Assembly: GCA_964016885.1 (NCBI GenBank)
Contig: OZ024741.1
Span: forward strand, 379,936,001-380,000,000
From: Eledone cirrhosa
Lineage: Eukaryota
Length of the DNA: 64,000 nt
Reading direction: 5' to 3'
Below the pieces are notes generated by a model that saw only the letters and a list, made by a program, of their open reading frames with translations, had not been told where the DNA came from and ran no database searches. Position numbers and translations under genes: made by a program. The number at the start of each line of letters is the position of its first letter. Within the stretch, counting starts at the first letter, position 1. Below, in pieces: positions 14,665-29,478 of the stretch.

Positions 14665-14860
14665 TACGAGGGTGGGCAAAAACGTTCATAGGCTGTGTAT
14701 AAAGAGTGATGCTAGGTCTGTTAAATCTTGCTTGTTTTATCCATCTAATTATTATTAATGTCTTGTTTATTTCCAGAGATTCTGTTGAAAAATAAACCGC
14801 ATTTTGTCATTCACTTGGTGTATCTTGGTCAGTCTATGAACTTTTCAGCGTACCCTCATA
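14665..14860. mobile_element. Tc1/mariner-type MITE
   Basis: Imperfect TIRs tacgagggt...aacgttcatag / ctatgaactttt...accctcata with TA at both ends; ~195 bp, non-coding. Confidence 0.6.
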
Positions 14861-16274
14861 GATTTGCCTAGGTATACAAGGTGGATAAGATAGTAAAGTG
14901 GTGGTTTAAGGAAATATATGTAAAATCTACCTCGCAGTAATATATTTACACATACACTTGTGAATAGTCTGTACATACCCCCGTTCATTTTCACAGGTCC
15001 TGAAGCTATTTCCCTAAAACCAGTGAAATGACGTAATATGTAACAAATGTCCTCTCTGTAAATATACTGTAACGTCTGAGTAGATAAAGTTCTACTCGTT
15101 TTATTTCTACTGTTAATGTTACGCTCTCATAAAACAACCAATATGAGAAGTGAGAAAAATGTAGATCCGCTGCACCTAGCAAATATTGATCATATGATAG
15201 AGAATTCAATAGACATTAGTCTAGTCGATTTTATACCAAGGTTGCAATACATGGAGAGTCAAAATGAGAAAAATAGATCTAGTTGGAAACAGAAATAAAC
15301 AAAACTATTTCGACAATATTATCGACAAACCAGTGAGAAATACAAGAAAATCATGTTTCAAACATCTATTTCAGATTGGCTGAAAAGTTTAATATATTTG
15401 TTTCCTTTCTTTTGTACAGTAACCTAATCAAAAGTCCTTCTGCAATATTGCGACAAAGAGATTGATAATTACAGTAACTCAAGATGGAGGAAATGCTACA
15501 AAATCACGTCGTTTCTGCGTATATTTTCAATACGAATGTGACTAAAACAATAAAAGAAAGGCTTGTAATTCGTTCGTTATTCCCATGCAATTCACACGTT
15601 TATTTCTATAGATTAAGTTTACGCGCACACTTCTGATGAAAATGATTCGAAACATTACAAATGTTACTGTAGTTTCTTAGCCTGCGACCTCTGCTCAAAT
15701 TAATATCACTGCGAAATCCTTGCAAGATTTTCATCTTAAAGTATTTCCTAGTCTGTGAATTGTTTATTTGAGAATAGTTGATAGGGAATCTCTATTTTCT
15801 ATCATTTTCCATTTAAAGTCCTTTCAAAAGAACCCTTTATTGCGTGAATCGAGACGTGATCAGATGCATGATAAACAGCAAAATATCGTTTGATATAGAT
15901 GATTTGATAAATGGTCGAATAACCCTCCAAATGTGTCATATATTGTCTTGCTTCCTCTACTCCAACATCTCCTCATAAATCTTCTTCTTCCTATCCTTGT
16001 CCTTCTTCTTTGAAAGAAATCATACCAATAGTTCGGGATGAGAATAATCGTTACGCTACTAGATAAAATATGATGCTTTTTATGTTCTATGTTCAAATCC
16101 TGTAGGAGTTGAAAATGCCGTTAATATTTCCTGGTTTAAAATATAAATTACTATTATAGCACTGGAACTGATATAATCAATTTTCATCTCAACCTAATTT
16201 ACTAGCATTGTGCTAATGTTAGATCCAATTATTATTATATATAGTGTGTATAATCAATAGCATAATTTATGAAT

Positions 16275-16900
16275 CATCTTCTGCCTTACGCCATATTTTC
16301 CTGACTGTTTGGGCAGTTCACAGCAGAGCATCCTTTTGTGGCGGAGCTCTTTGGAATAACATTATTTGTATTATTGTTATTATTGTTGTTGCTTTTGGTG
16401 TTGTTGTTGTGTTATTTCATTTCATTATTTTCTTTTTGTCCCCAGATTTAGACCTTAAACCTTGGGCATTAGAAGTTTTTATTGTATGGATGGTGAGAGA
16501 GAGAGTGCTCATCTGAGAATATGTGCTGTTTCTATTATCCCAATTTTCTGTAACTCATCTTTGCTGATTCTGGACGGAAGGAAGCCAAGGTGCAGATGAG
16601 CACAATGTTTATAGTCATTCTCCGCATGCAGTTGGTCTCTATTTCCAGTTGCTATAGCTATATCTATCAGACTACATGTCCTAGCTGCTTTGTGTTTTAC
16701 GATGATATCTGGTGTGTTGGTAAAGATTTATCAGTTAGTTGTCACATGCATATCCCACAGAATCGATATGATGCCATTTTCTTGAATTGTATTTTATTTA
16801 TATTCATACCATTTATCGGAGGTTTGGATATCATGAGATCGGCAGAGTTTCCAGGGCATGTATATGGCAATGTTTGTGTCTTTTCATATAATTCAGAGAT
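16275..16900 (-). mobile_element. R4/Dong-like non-LTR retrotransposon 3' fragments (restriction-like endonuclease)
   Basis: Reverse translation ILWDMHV...NTPDIIV...CSLIDIA, ELQKIGIIETAHILR and a second QKDALL.TAQTVRK end. Confidence 0.6.
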
Positions 16901-17164
16901 AACATGTTGACTATTTAAGCCAGCGTGTTTAGAGATTGATTTTGTACGGCCACTAAGAGTCCCTCTCTCACTGTTTTTAGGCTAGTGAGTCTTGCTGAAA
17001 ATAAAGTTGAAAGAAGGGAGCACTGGTAATCTTCAATGTAGTGGCTTTGCTTCCATTTATGGTTTAGTTCCTCTGCTTCAATTTTGTTCGTCTGAACATC
17101 ACAATCTTATTTAGCTCTGCAGTACTCTTGGGTTGTCCTCTATGGCTTTATCTTTACAGCATGT

Positions 17165-17295
17165 AGTTACGAGGCTTTACATTCTGAGTTCAAGTCTCAG
17201 TGTGGTTAGCTTTCCCTTTCATCCTTACGGGGTCGATTTAATCGACTTTCACCTATGCCAAAATCGTTGATCTGTTGCCTAAATCAGACGCTACT
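17165..17295 (+). mobile_element. SINE fragment
   Basis: ctttacattctgagttcaag...tttcatccttacggggtcgat. Confidence 0.6.
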
Positions 17296-17296
17296 A

Positions 17297-20200
17297 TCAA
17301 ATATAAAAGGCTTGGGGAATGTGTGGGCACGGAAAACCCACATCACCCGAGGCAAGAAGTATGCAACTGTGGACGTCCTTTTCGATATCATCCAGAAAAT
17401 GAAAAATCTCACTCCTTGACAACCCTATGGTGTGAGGAAATGATATTAGTCCCCTTTTACCGCAGGAAACAATATCGCAAAGATCAGGTTAACCAAGATT
17501 TCACGCTACGTACCCGTCCCTTGGCTGGTCGGATCTGTCCTTGCGGGCATCGAAGACGAAACGACATCCTGCAGGTACAAAAGATGGGGAGAGAGGACTG
17601 GTCCAGTATCGGAAGGAGATTCTTATCTACACCGACTAGGACTGTATCGGTGCTATTACCGACGTATTATACCTCGGGAATGGCACCCAACTTCCCATAT
17701 ATGTGGAAGGAAGGCGCTCAAAATGTTACGATTGGTGATCAAAAGGTCACTCCAGTGCCCAGAGAAGAGAGCAAAGGCGAAAGTCCCACTCCTTCTAACG
17801 CCGGAACCGCTGCCATTAAGAACAGGTCAGGCAGCGAGGACGGACGCCAGGACCTTGCACGGACCGTAGGAGACAGTGTGCGTGGCACCCACACCAAAGC
17901 CATGGACAACAAAAACAGCGGCGGCAGTGGCAGCAACAGGCGCAGTTGATGCACCTATACCAAGAACGGCAGACCCGACTCCAACACCACCACCAACAAC
18001 AACAAATGAGAGAGTAGAACTCATACCTCTCCCCGACCTCTCACTGTCGGACATGGAGGATGAGGTGGCCGAGGAGTGGAAAACAGCCCGAAACAAAATC
18101 AAACGAAATGAAAGCGCTGTTTCGCCCTCCAAATGAGAGGAAAGCCAAAATAAATAAATAAATAAAAGCTACAAGGCGACATGCAGCTACAGCACGACCA
18201 CCACCACCAACACAAACACAACTAATACACCATCACCACTACCAACAATGACACCACTGACACAACAAAATACACACATCCAGCAACGTCAACAAAAAAC
18301 AACAAAACAAAACCCGTCCCTAATAAAAAACATACTGCCATAAACACAAACAATAAGGGTTTGATGAAACATACAATTACACTCAATCGTTACATACAGC
18401 AACTACTACACATCACCAACACCATCAACTATACCACACAACTACGAAGTAATTGAAGACGATGTAGACTAATTCAAAGTTTAAAACGCACATTCCCCAA
18501 TGCAGTTGGACATATCAGAGATAAAAAGAATATGGAGAGATATTCTCAAGGAGTTAGCCACGACCAGCAGAATGGACGAGTCAACTGCCCCTTCTCTATG
18601 CAAACAGGGTAAGTGATCCTTTCTCACGTACCCCATTCCTCACCAAACATAGCCTTACTCAGAATAGGCAGTGTGATTGCACGTGGCCTGGGGTCGTCAT
18701 GAAAGGAGGGTCACCTGCTTCATGACATCAGGTCAATGAACATAGATGTGGTGGCCATCAGCAAGACTAGAAATTCCGAGACACGGAGCTTCGCACTCAT
18801 TTTCAGTGGTTGCGTGGTGCACGCATGTCTAAGCCGTCCGTGTTATTTAGAAAAGGCCTGAATCTCATCATAGGGACCATCTTTCTGGTTCCAGAAAGTA
18901 AGTCGATGGTACGGGACGTGACCATCAGTGAAGGATATGCTATCAGGCTAATGGTTGTTTAGTCTCCGACAAAGGCAGGACGGCCACAGTTTTTCAGACG
19001 TCTTTAGACCTTCCTGGAAACGTCCCGTTCTTTACTGTTAGTGGAAGACTGGAACGGTATCTTAGATGCAGGCTGGCTTTATATGGGCTTAGTAGATATG
19101 GGTGGAGGGTGTAAAAGCCACACCAACGTGCTCATACGTTTACAGCTGTTTGGCAGATACCGACTGGATTACCTGGACGTGCCAGTGTGTTTCGCCCTGA
19201 AAAGGGCGATTAGAATAGAACCCACTATATTTAGTAATGTCTTAGCAATAGAGAAAAACTGAGCAGAGGGTGCACTATTTAAAAGCCAGATGAGGCGCTT
19301 AGTAAAGGCCACACGACCGATGTATTTACGGTGAGATTGGCCCTCATCAATGTTTTTATCGCAAAGCACAAAGGCTGCATTGTCAGTGATAGGGCACGTG
19401 CTCTCAGATATGAGGGGACAAAAGCCCTTCGATGGGCCCAATTGGCGGATGCGCGTCGTGGCAAAATGTGTGCCGGTATTAAGCAGTGCCTACCTTGACG
19501 ATCTGCCACAGCGCTCGGCCATAGAGGTGGAGTATCCGCCAAACCGATGAAAGCCTTTGACGTACGGGAGGCAAAGACTAACTGCACAACGGGTAAATTG
19601 CCTGGTTTTGATGGTCAGCCCTACAAGCTTTATGTACAAAAGCAACACTAATTCGGCAACATCTTGTCGGACGTCTAGTGCAACTAGCAGTAGAACGGAA
19701 GAATTCCCAGCCCAGTGAGCCGAGGAACTGTCGTGCTGCTTCGAAAATACCCGAAAGAGAGGGGCAACATAGATAATTTCATGTCCATATTTCTGCTAAA
19801 CGCAGAGTTCAAGATTTTTGCTGAGGTGTTAGCAAAGCGGTTGATACTCATCATCGGTTGTCTTGTGGGGTAGGCGAAGACATGCACCATTCCAGTCAGA
19901 TCCACCTACTGCCAGCTCCACTTCATGTGAAATATTGTGAAATATTGTGAAATATTGTGAAATATTGCTCTGTGGTGAGAGTCACCTTTCTGAACCGTCC
20001 AACATTATGCGCTTGGTCCGCCAAGTATTTCCCGTCTCATCCCTGTTATACCTATTGACTCTCGAGCATTACTACACAGACTGGAGACATTGATGGGTGA
20101 CCTGCGGAACTTGGATGCGAGAGAACCGTGTCAGAAATTGCAAACGATATCACCGTAGTGGTGTCGAACGCCAAACACATCGAGTTGATCGGCACCACAC

Positions 20201-21712
20201 TAATAGAATACAAGGAAGTGACAGGACCACTGATTTACCAGGAAAATTCAGTGGGCCTGCGGCTCGGCACCTGGGGAGGCAGGTCCATGCCAACCAACAG
20301 CGTTGTCGTGTGTTGGGCAGATGGACCAGTAAAGTTGCTAGGGGTCTGGTTGGGTCCGGACCTCCAGACGGACAAAAACTGGGACTAAGTGACTTGTATG
20401 GTGGCCTCTCTCATCCAGAAATTGGCCGAGAGGAAGCTATCCCAGAAATTTCGAGCGAAGGTGCAGAAGGCGTACATTGCAGCCGTCATCTACTACCGCC
20501 TGACCGTCGTTCCTTGTCCTAAGCCTCGCCTGTCTGCATTGGAGCGTTTGCTTTTTCGCTCTTTTTGGAAGGGACACGCTCCGATGGTCAGGCGGTTCTT
20601 CTACTGTCAACACCCTTTACGTGGAGAACTGGGTATGCCATGTCTGGTAATGCGCAGGCATGTGCTCAGGCTACGTTATCTCCACCTCTTTCTCGACGCT
20701 GAACAGGTGTGATCGCCGTGTGCTACAAGCCTGTTTCCCCAGCTCGTCTTCTTGATTCAAGCGAAGCCCGAGAGGAAGCGTTTGGGGCGGAAAGACTTCA
20801 GGTGCTCACAGCTTTTGACCTGTCAGGTGATGCGATCGGTGAAAACTCCACATTGGCTTTCTATAGATGGTTAGTGGAGGGAAAGCGTGACGACGTCCTT
20901 GGGGAGACTCTGAGCGTCGACATAAATCAATTAGCCAATCTATTCGGGGAATTTCGGGCCGTGGCACATGGATAAATTCCAGAAATCCCTGGCTTGGCAT
21001 TGCTACCGGGGATACATCCCAGTTCGGGATAAACTCTACAGGCATGAAAGTGCCGTCAGTCGGACCTGTCCGAGATGCGTGCAGGGCAACGAAACCGTCC
21101 TGAACGCACTCGTCCAGTGTCCGAGCTTTGCGGACTTGTAGGTTTATGTCGAACAGCAGGTGTCGCGTGTGGGACGGACCACACTATCAGCAGTGTCCAT
21201 CTTGAGGATTGCGCCGCTCTAGCCGGGAAGGGCAGTTTTCATCTGCTTGGTGGCCATGGTGGAAGTGGTCATGTGGTAGACGACTTTGAAAGGACAGAAG
21301 GCGAGCACTTACCCCTTCAGTGATAATCTGATTAACTTTTTCAAATTTCATTTCAAAAGGAAAATCAGGGTTCCTTTACCAGCAATTAGTTGAAAGATGG
21401 GTGAGAGAGACAAGCATGGCCCGAGTGAATGGGCCTGCTTTGAGTATGCGCCTGTAGAACAGAGGTGGAAAATGTGAGAGGGCACTTGCCTTGATGGTTA
21501 GGTTCACCGAGGCTTTTTATTGGCTTTCTCCACGAGAGACCCTCGGAGGTCTCCCTCTTTTGGAAATTTTCTTTTGTTTCATGTTTCTTGTTATATCCTT
21601 TATTATTTATTTTTCTTTACACGCAGAAATGCCCATTTGTACTGTCCTGTACCCGTTCTACTGTCCTTAATATTATACTTTATGTCAACCCTCTGGTTAA
21701 TGAGGATATATC
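17297..21712 (+). mobile_element. Decayed Tx1/L1-clade LINE (ORF1 remnant, APE endonuclease, RT, C-terminal Cys motif)
   Basis: APE start near 18660 (RGLG...LHDIRSMNIDVVAI), GKLPGFDG, RGTVVLLRK...NF..I.LLNAEFKIFAEVLAKRL, VKLLGVWLGPDLQ.DKNW, HPLRGELGMP, TCPRC...ETVLNALVQCP; many stops and an internal RT deletion. Confidence 0.8.
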
Positions 21713-21719
21713 CACAGGC

Positions 21720-23070
21720 ATGATAGAGTTGGGACGTTCATTACCTGGTGTTTTTTCTTTGCTTTCATTTTATCTGTTAGTCTAGTTTCTAATTTGAATT
21801 GTTTGGCTTCCTTGAAGGCTGAGAACAGTCTTTTGTTTTGTTCATGTTTCGTGGCTATTTATATTAGCTTTACTTTGTTCTATATTAGGTATTTTTGTAG
21901 TCCTAGAGTAGTTATTTATAAGAGTTTTCTAGTTGCATATGGCCCCTTCTTGCTTGTGCTAATGGTAGACATTATCATTCTACGTCTGATTTTGGAGAGT
22001 GCATTCTAAATGCGGTCATTATTTACCTTCTTTTTCTATGTATTGCAGCTAGTTCTTTTAGTGTCCAGTTCAAAATGTGAAAGCTCTAGCTCATTACTGG
22101 GGCTGCTAAAGTGTTGATGCCAATCACTTTATTCTTTGCGTTTAGTTCAGTTACGAGTATTAACCTAATTCTTTTCAACTATACTTTTCTAATCGTTTCT
22201 TTCATCTGTGTGTGTTGAATCTTATCTAGTTCGTTGATTCCAAAGTATTTGTATCTTTGAGTTTGATCTAGTTCTCTTATTTCTGCTTCTTTAATCAACA
22301 TGGTATTATTGCTTTTCACTAAATTTCCTCTTTTCAGATTGGCCTTAACACATTTTTTAAAATCCAAATTTCATACTTATTCCCATTGTAAATCTGTGTA
22401 CAGCCTGGAGCAGTGTTTGGAGTTGTTTTTCATTTGTAGCATACAGATTATCAATATATAGGAGATCATTCATATTTCCCATTGAAGCATTTAAACCCAA
22501 GCACAGTTCTGTTTAGTGTTTCAGATAATGGTGTTAATTCTTGGCAGAAAAGCAATGATGGTTTTGAGTCTCCATGGAATATGCCTCAGTTGATTTAGTA
22601 TCGACTCTGTTTTTATTGTTTTAACTTTTGTTTGTATCAACAGAAGTTTGCCATTTACTCATGCCATGTTTGATAAATGTTGTTACCTTTGCTGATACCC
22701 TATTTATGGCTAGTGTTTTGAGTATCCATATATAAGGAACACTGTCGAACGCTTTTGGTTTCCAATCCAAGTCATGATGAGATTTCTTTTTTTTTTGCAG
22801 TTTTCAGTTATGGCTTTATTCATTAACAACTGGTCATTACATCTATATGAGCTTCTGCGGCATCCTTTTTTTTCTTCTGTGAGCAGGTTTTTTTTTTTTT
22901 CAGTTGTTTGCTGATTTTCTGTGAGAGTATTGAAGTTAAAGTTGTGTATGTAGTAGACAAGCATGTTATGCGTTTGTAATTTGGGGGATTTGATGTGTCA
23001 TTATTTTGGAGGATCAGGGTCGTTTTCCGTTTAGTGACCCAGAATCATTTTTGCATCGATGTATTAAACA
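21720..23070 (-). mobile_element. R4/Dong-like LINE RT fragment
   Basis: EEKKGCRRSSYRCNDQLLMNK, GIFHGDS, LLYIDNL, FKKC...YKYFGI motifs on the reverse strand. Confidence 0.7.
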
Positions 23071-24234
23071 AACTTTAGAAATCATAATCACTGAAATGAA
23101 TATGTTATCCCTGTATAATATATATGAAAAATATATCCATTATATTCCATTGAAAGAAACGTCTTTGTTTTTGTCATTTTTTTCGAGGCTCTCAGAACAT
23201 GTTTATATTGCTTGATGGTTAATCAGAGCTGAGACAGGTATTATATTCTGTTGCATAATTCTTGGAAAAGTGATATATTCCGTAAGAACATGATTATTTA
23301 GTGACACTTTAAATACATTTATGAAATAATGTTTAAATTGGAGCTATATGTTCAAAATATTTTGTAAAAATAATTAGTTATGTCCTGCTTAATTCATTTT
23401 CAATAGTGTCAACTATGGGTTTTCCAAATACAAATTCAGTTCCAAAGCTAGATAAACTGTTTTTTATAGCTACAATTAGAAAAAAGGAAAAACTGAATTA
23501 ATTATAGCTATAGCAGGGATATGATTTAGTTTAAAGTGACCCTAACACACGGTTATTTACTAATGACTAAAGCCTTCTGAATGACAATAAGGAGCAGCTA
23601 CATTAGAGAAAGACAACCAGCATAGGAAACTAAGAGCCTGTGCGTACTTCTGATACACTGAACGTTATTATCAACGGATACTTAGGGAGCATATTTGTGG
23701 AGCATGATAAGCTTGACTAAAGATACAGACTACAATTTCGAAGGCAAACTTAGCTAGCTATCATCTGCCCCTCCATGAACCACACAATTAAAACTAAAGA
23801 AACCAAAACCAAGCTGATCACCTCAATTTACATTCCCTTCTTTATCTTCCAGTCAAACAAAACATTGAAGCGAAAACTCACAACCGAAGAGAGGATATTT
23901 CTTTGACAGGCATCAGTCAAAGTTTGAATTGACCAGATCCGAAATAAATACAATAAACATCTAGCTGGTATCATCACCCAACAAGGCGTAAAATTGTTAG
24001 GTCATCAGATAAAACCAATTGGTTGAGTGACATATGGCACCTAATACTCAAGCTTCAATTCCAGAGCAACAAACCGCCCGTGGTCAATTAATGACATAAC
24101 AAGCACAGGTCACACACCTGGCATGTCATTTCTGTATTCTTTGCTGCAAATCGCTAACTAACTTAACCTTGATCTCACCCGGGTAGAAACAGCTAGATAA
24201 GATGCGATAGGCATTAAATCAAAAGACCGCTATT

Positions 24235-24400
24235 TTTATCATTGCTTCTAGTACGTTAATTGTGCTTTACATTATCGATCCTGTAAGGAAGAAAGGCAAA
24301 GCTAATTCGACGGGATTTTAGCACAGTTCGCAAAGGGTCGTAAATATATGACGTAAAGCATGTTTTTCGACGCTCTACCGATAGTGCTAATCGAACGCCC
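24235..24400 (-). mobile_element. SINE
   Basis: ttatcgatcctgtaaggaagaaaggcaaagct...cgacgctctaccgatagtgctaatcgaacgcc is the reverse complement of the SINE body. Confidence 0.6.
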
Positions 24401-24484
24401 TCGTTATTTCAATAATAAAGATCAGGGCTCCCGAAACTTTTTTAGGTTAAAATATAATGTAACATTTTTAGAATTTGGTTTGTA

Positions 24485-24955
24485 ACATTTCTTATGTGAA
24501 AACGTGTGTTGAAACAGATATTGTTATTATTTGGGAGGGTCATGCTGCCAATAAAAACACACGCAGTTGCTGGTATTTTCACTTCAGTTTATTATAAATT
24601 TCCGGTTGGTTGGTTGTTTCGTTAACCGGATGATTGTTTATACATTTGAGAGCTCTTTCGTAACACATTCTGTGACTTCCTCACTTGCCGGGTTTTATTT
24701 CGTGTCCCTCCTTTGTTCTGTCCTACAGATGGTGTAGGACAGACAAAGGAGAGACGAAATAAAATCCAGTCACTGAGGCGGTCACAGAATGTGTAACGTA
24801 AGAGCTTTTACACTATATAAATATGTAAACAACCATCTGGTTATCGAACCAACCAACCAGACAACAAACACGGAATTTATAATAAATTGAAGTGAAACCA
24901 AAGGTGCATGTGTTTCTATTAGCAGCAGACCTTCTCAAAGTATAACAATATCAAT
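24485..24955. mobile_element. Diverged palindromic PLE-derived element with decayed HHRs
   Basis: Arms mirror around ~24730; shares gtcacagaatgtgt.acGAAA and gaccctcccaaa.tataacaata with 30600-31212 and 60385-60440. Confidence 0.65.
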
Positions 24956-27900
24956 TAACATTTTTCTATATAAATGAGTGAAGGTGATCGGTCGGGCTCA
25001 ATGGTATTTGATGTTCGTCATTGTGTACTTATATTCTTAATGTAAGCTGTAATTGTAGTAATAACTTTAAACGTTTTATCAAGAATTTACTTTTGCAGCA
25101 GCGTTTATTGTGCTGTATTTAAGTAATGTTTATACATACCATAACATTAAGACGATTCAATCTTATTTTTATTTTTAACTTTTATTCAACATATCTTTTT
25201 ATTATTCACCCTATCTCTGCCTCTCTAAAGAAGTGGCTATATCACAGCTCTAGCAATAATATTTCATATTCAGCCTAAGAACACTTCAGTCGACCCTTGT
25301 AAGAGAGTGAGTGCGTATGGAAGATAAACAATTGATGATTGGAGTAGATACTTAACTTAGATTATAATCTGATTTCTATTCTTGGTGCAATAATTTATGT
25401 CATTTAGAATTTTAAATACAGTGGGTATATTACTATCAGTTTTCTAGTGACATCCTTCCATTACTTGGAGACTCACATTGAGAGGTATCTTCTAACTGAA
25501 ATATAATTGATTATTTATCTTAATCCGATGAGATACATCATAAAATATATATCGAAGTCATGAATTAGTTTCTGTTTATGTCATACATGCATAATATATC
25601 CGTATATATATATATATAAAAAAGACAATATATATACACATACACATGCACACATCCGCACACATGCATATATATATATATATATATACTATCAGCAAAC
25701 CGAACCACAATACGTCCGAAACTTCTATACAAGACCACACAACAACAGGGAAATGCCATTAGATATAATAATACCCATGAAAAAACAATTCAGAAAAATT
25801 ATTTTTTAGACCAAGGATACAGGACGCACGACACCCGGTGGCACAAACCGATTTTGAGAGCCCGAAAATAATCAACCTTTCAAATACAAACTTCTAGCCC
25901 AACAAATTAAAATTATCTCCAAAGGACTGAAATTCACACCAACACCACAATACTCTAACCTCAATGAGGTAAATGACGATATCTCACATTTCTGTAGAAA
26001 ATTACGTCTCACAGAGGGACTTTTTGACAAGGAGAATAACGACCAATCAATTGTACGGAATAAGAACAACTACAACCCAACAAAGGTAGGAACAGAGTTC
26101 TGGACAAATTTTGTGACCACATAGCAACTTTCCCATACCATAAAATACTGCAACCTAAACACCAACCCAACACGAGTCGAAGGGAATTATAATTAAGGAA
26201 TCGGACAAGGGAAGTACTCTCGTCATTATGTGTGCTGAACAATATAACAATTCTGTGTTTTTTCTCTTACAAAATACTAGCTACTAAAAGAGTCAAAAAC
26301 TACCAGCAATCTAAAACGATAACCAGATTAAACATATTCATTTGTCGATACCAGGAAGACTTGACTAAAAAGGAAGACTTAACTAAACAATTATTTAACA
26401 CATTTTGAATACAAAACCAGCAACCTTTACTAACTTCCGAATATCCACAAGTGTAAATAATTAACGATGCCTGTACACAATCCACCTCAACCTACGTGAA
26501 CACACAATACCCCACATACGTTAAGACCAATTGTAGCGGGCCCACAATGTGAAACACACAGACTAAGAAACTTTATAGACATACTACTAAAACCAATTCC
26601 CAAACACATACCAAGCCTTGTAAGAGACCATCTGGTCCTCTTAAACACTATTATTGTGTACTTCGATGTAGTGAATCTCTACACAACGATCACACACCAA
26701 TACGGACTACAAGCAATAGGATTCTGGCTAGAGAAATATCCCAATGAAATACTTGACAGAATATAAAAAAGTTTCATCACCGAGGGATTAAAATTTATTT
26801 TACTGAACAACTTTTTTTTTATTTCGATGGCATTACTTACAAGCAAATATCGGGGACTGCGAAGGGTACAAAAGCCGCTTCAACTTATGCCAACTTAGTC
26901 ATGGCATACTTCGAAGTCCAGATATATGAACAGTCCAAATTAAAATACTGATTGAACTTCCACAAATATATATCAGGTAATTGGAAACGCTACTTGGATG
27001 ATTCTCTCATTCTTTGGTCACATACACTCGACCAACTAAATGATTTCAAAAATGTAATAAACGGCATCAATAAGCACATCCAATTCACAATGGAATGCAG
27101 CCAAGGTCAACTCCCATTTCTGGACATCTTAATCTTTAAAAAAAGACAGAAATATTGAAACTCTACAAACCAACAGATTCCAAACAATACCTGCTATTCA
27201 CCGCCAACCAGCCAAAGCACACGAAGACGAACATCCCTTTTAACCTAGCAAGAAGAATTTGCACAATTGTCTCCAATTATGAAACGCGAAATAAAAGACT
27301 TCAAGAATTGAAGGAAATTCTACTCGAAAGACAGTACCCACCATTACTAATAAATAATGGAATAGAAAGCGCTAAAGTAATAGGCATTGAGGAATTACGA
27401 AAATAGAAACAAATTCAAGGTACGTCCAATATTCTATCATATATCTCAACACATAACCCAAGAAATGCGGAAGCTTGCAACACTATTCAGAAGAAAATCC
27501 CACTATCTATTGAAACAAGACCCTAGAATGAAAAAATCCCTTGAAACACACAAAATAATCAAAAGCAAAAGACAACCGAAATCTCTAACAACATTACTCA
27601 CCAATGCCAAATTACCTACCACAAACCCACAACCAATCCTCAAAAAATGTGGTCGCTCTAATTGTGGAACTTGCACTCACCTCATTGAAGGTAACACGTA
27701 TAGATTTCAATCAGGACAAAATTTTGCTGTAAAAAAGCACTTCACTTGCTCATCAAAAAATCTACTTTATGCCATTAAATGTAAAGGATGCAAAGAATAA
27801 TATATAGGACAAACTAAACTCACACTCAGAAACAGAATGACAGTTCATCGCCAACAATTACGAGACAGATACCACTAAGTGCACATCTAGACATATGCGC

Positions 27901-28233
27901 AAGTAATAAGACACCCAAATTCCAAGTCTTCCCATTTTATCTTTACTCTGACAATACAATAGGACAAATACGAATAAATAGGGAAAATTTGTTTATTCAA
28001 AAATATAGACCAGCATTAAATGTAGTTTAATATACATTATGTCAACACCATAATATGCCAACCATCCAAACAGACACATACACACACACATAACACCTTC
28101 TACTTTGGAAAATAAAAACCGGAACTAAATAAACATTAACATATATTAATATTCTAACACCTTAACATGCTAACCACACCCCACACACAGACATAACTCC
28201 CTCGCAACTATTTCTACTAACGGAGTCATTTTC

Positions 28234-28270
<37 letters not shown>

Positions 28271-28598
28271 TTCTCTCCAACTTAACATGCTAACCATACT
28301 CCCACATACACATACATACACACACATAACACCCATGCACACACACAATTCCCTCCCCCATTTCTACCAATATAATCATCTTCCTACACACACACACACA
28401 CACACACAAACAAGCACACAAATAAACATACATATTTCGACTTTCTTTATTTCAATAGAAAGTCTGAATTCTGACACCCTAGTGCACCAGCCATATTTAC
28501 TGAACCAGAACAATTCTCACCATACCATTTCTCTTGACCATCATATTTTGTTTGGCACAAAATTATCTAAAAGGCTACAAAATAAATTCCAAAATACG

Positions 28599-29256
28599 GG
28601 CGCGAAATTTAATGAACTTGTTCACGTGACAGTAATAATTTCATTTATAACCAATCAAATTACATTTCAGCCCATCAGTCATACTCAGACAACTCACTCC
28701 ATCCCTTTTTCTTGACCATTATCTTTTGGTTGGATGGCAGTAGCAGTAGACGGTCTGACGCCATGCATGGCAGCAAAGAGTTACGGCTCTTGCCATTCTG
28801 AGTTCAAATCCCGCCGAGGTTACCTTTGCTTTTCATCCTTACGGAGTCGATGACATAAAGTACCAGTAATACACTGGGATAATTGCTGGCCTTGTGCCAA
28901 AAGTAGAAACAATTATCTTTTGTTTGGCACAAAATTCTCTAAATGGCTATAAAAAAATTCCAAAATACGGGCGCGAAATTTAATGTACTTGTTCACGTGA
29001 CAATCATAATTTCATTTATAACCAATCAAATTCCATTTATAAAAAAAGCCTTCGTGACACTTTTTTTAAGTAACAAAGAAATTCAAACACAAATGGGCGC
29101 GAAAGCTGATGTGCTTATTCACGTGATTGCATCAATCAACGAAACCTCACTAATATATGAAAAAACAACCTGACACCCCCCCCCCCCTTTTTTTTGTTTG
29201 AAGAACTTTGTAACGCGACCTGGCGTGAAACTTATTATACTTATACACCAACCAAT
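28599..29256 (+). promoter_or_regulatory. Repeated GGCGCGAAA - CACGTG - CCAAT module (putative pseudo-LTR promoter)
   Basis: GGCGCGAAA at 28599, 28970, 29096 (variant at 29222); CACGTG at 28623, 28994, 29120; CCAAT at 28651, 29022, 29252. Confidence 0.4.
28734..28911 (+). mobile_element. SINE inserted in the PLE 3' region
   Basis: ttctgagttcaaatcccgccgagg...tttcatccttacggagtcgat; ~16-bp TSD attatcttttg(g/t)ttgg at 28718 and 28912. Confidence 0.75.
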
Positions 29257-29478
29257 CAAATTACGTCTCTAAAAACCTGGCATTTCGAGCCACTTTTTTC
29301 CATATAAAAGGAGAAGTAACATTCAAAGACCAACCAAATGTGAGAAAAACCACAGACCCGCCATCTCAACTCTGCTTTTGGAAAACAAAAGAACTGCGAA
29401 ACCGGTAGAGGAACCAAATAAATATATATATTTATTTTAAAAAAAGACTCCAGTTGCATTTTCGATTTCATCTTTTTT

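Noticed and set aside
19927-19967. Tandem tgtgaaatat x4
   Set aside because: Local slippage at a deletion junction in the Tx1 element; no sign of function.
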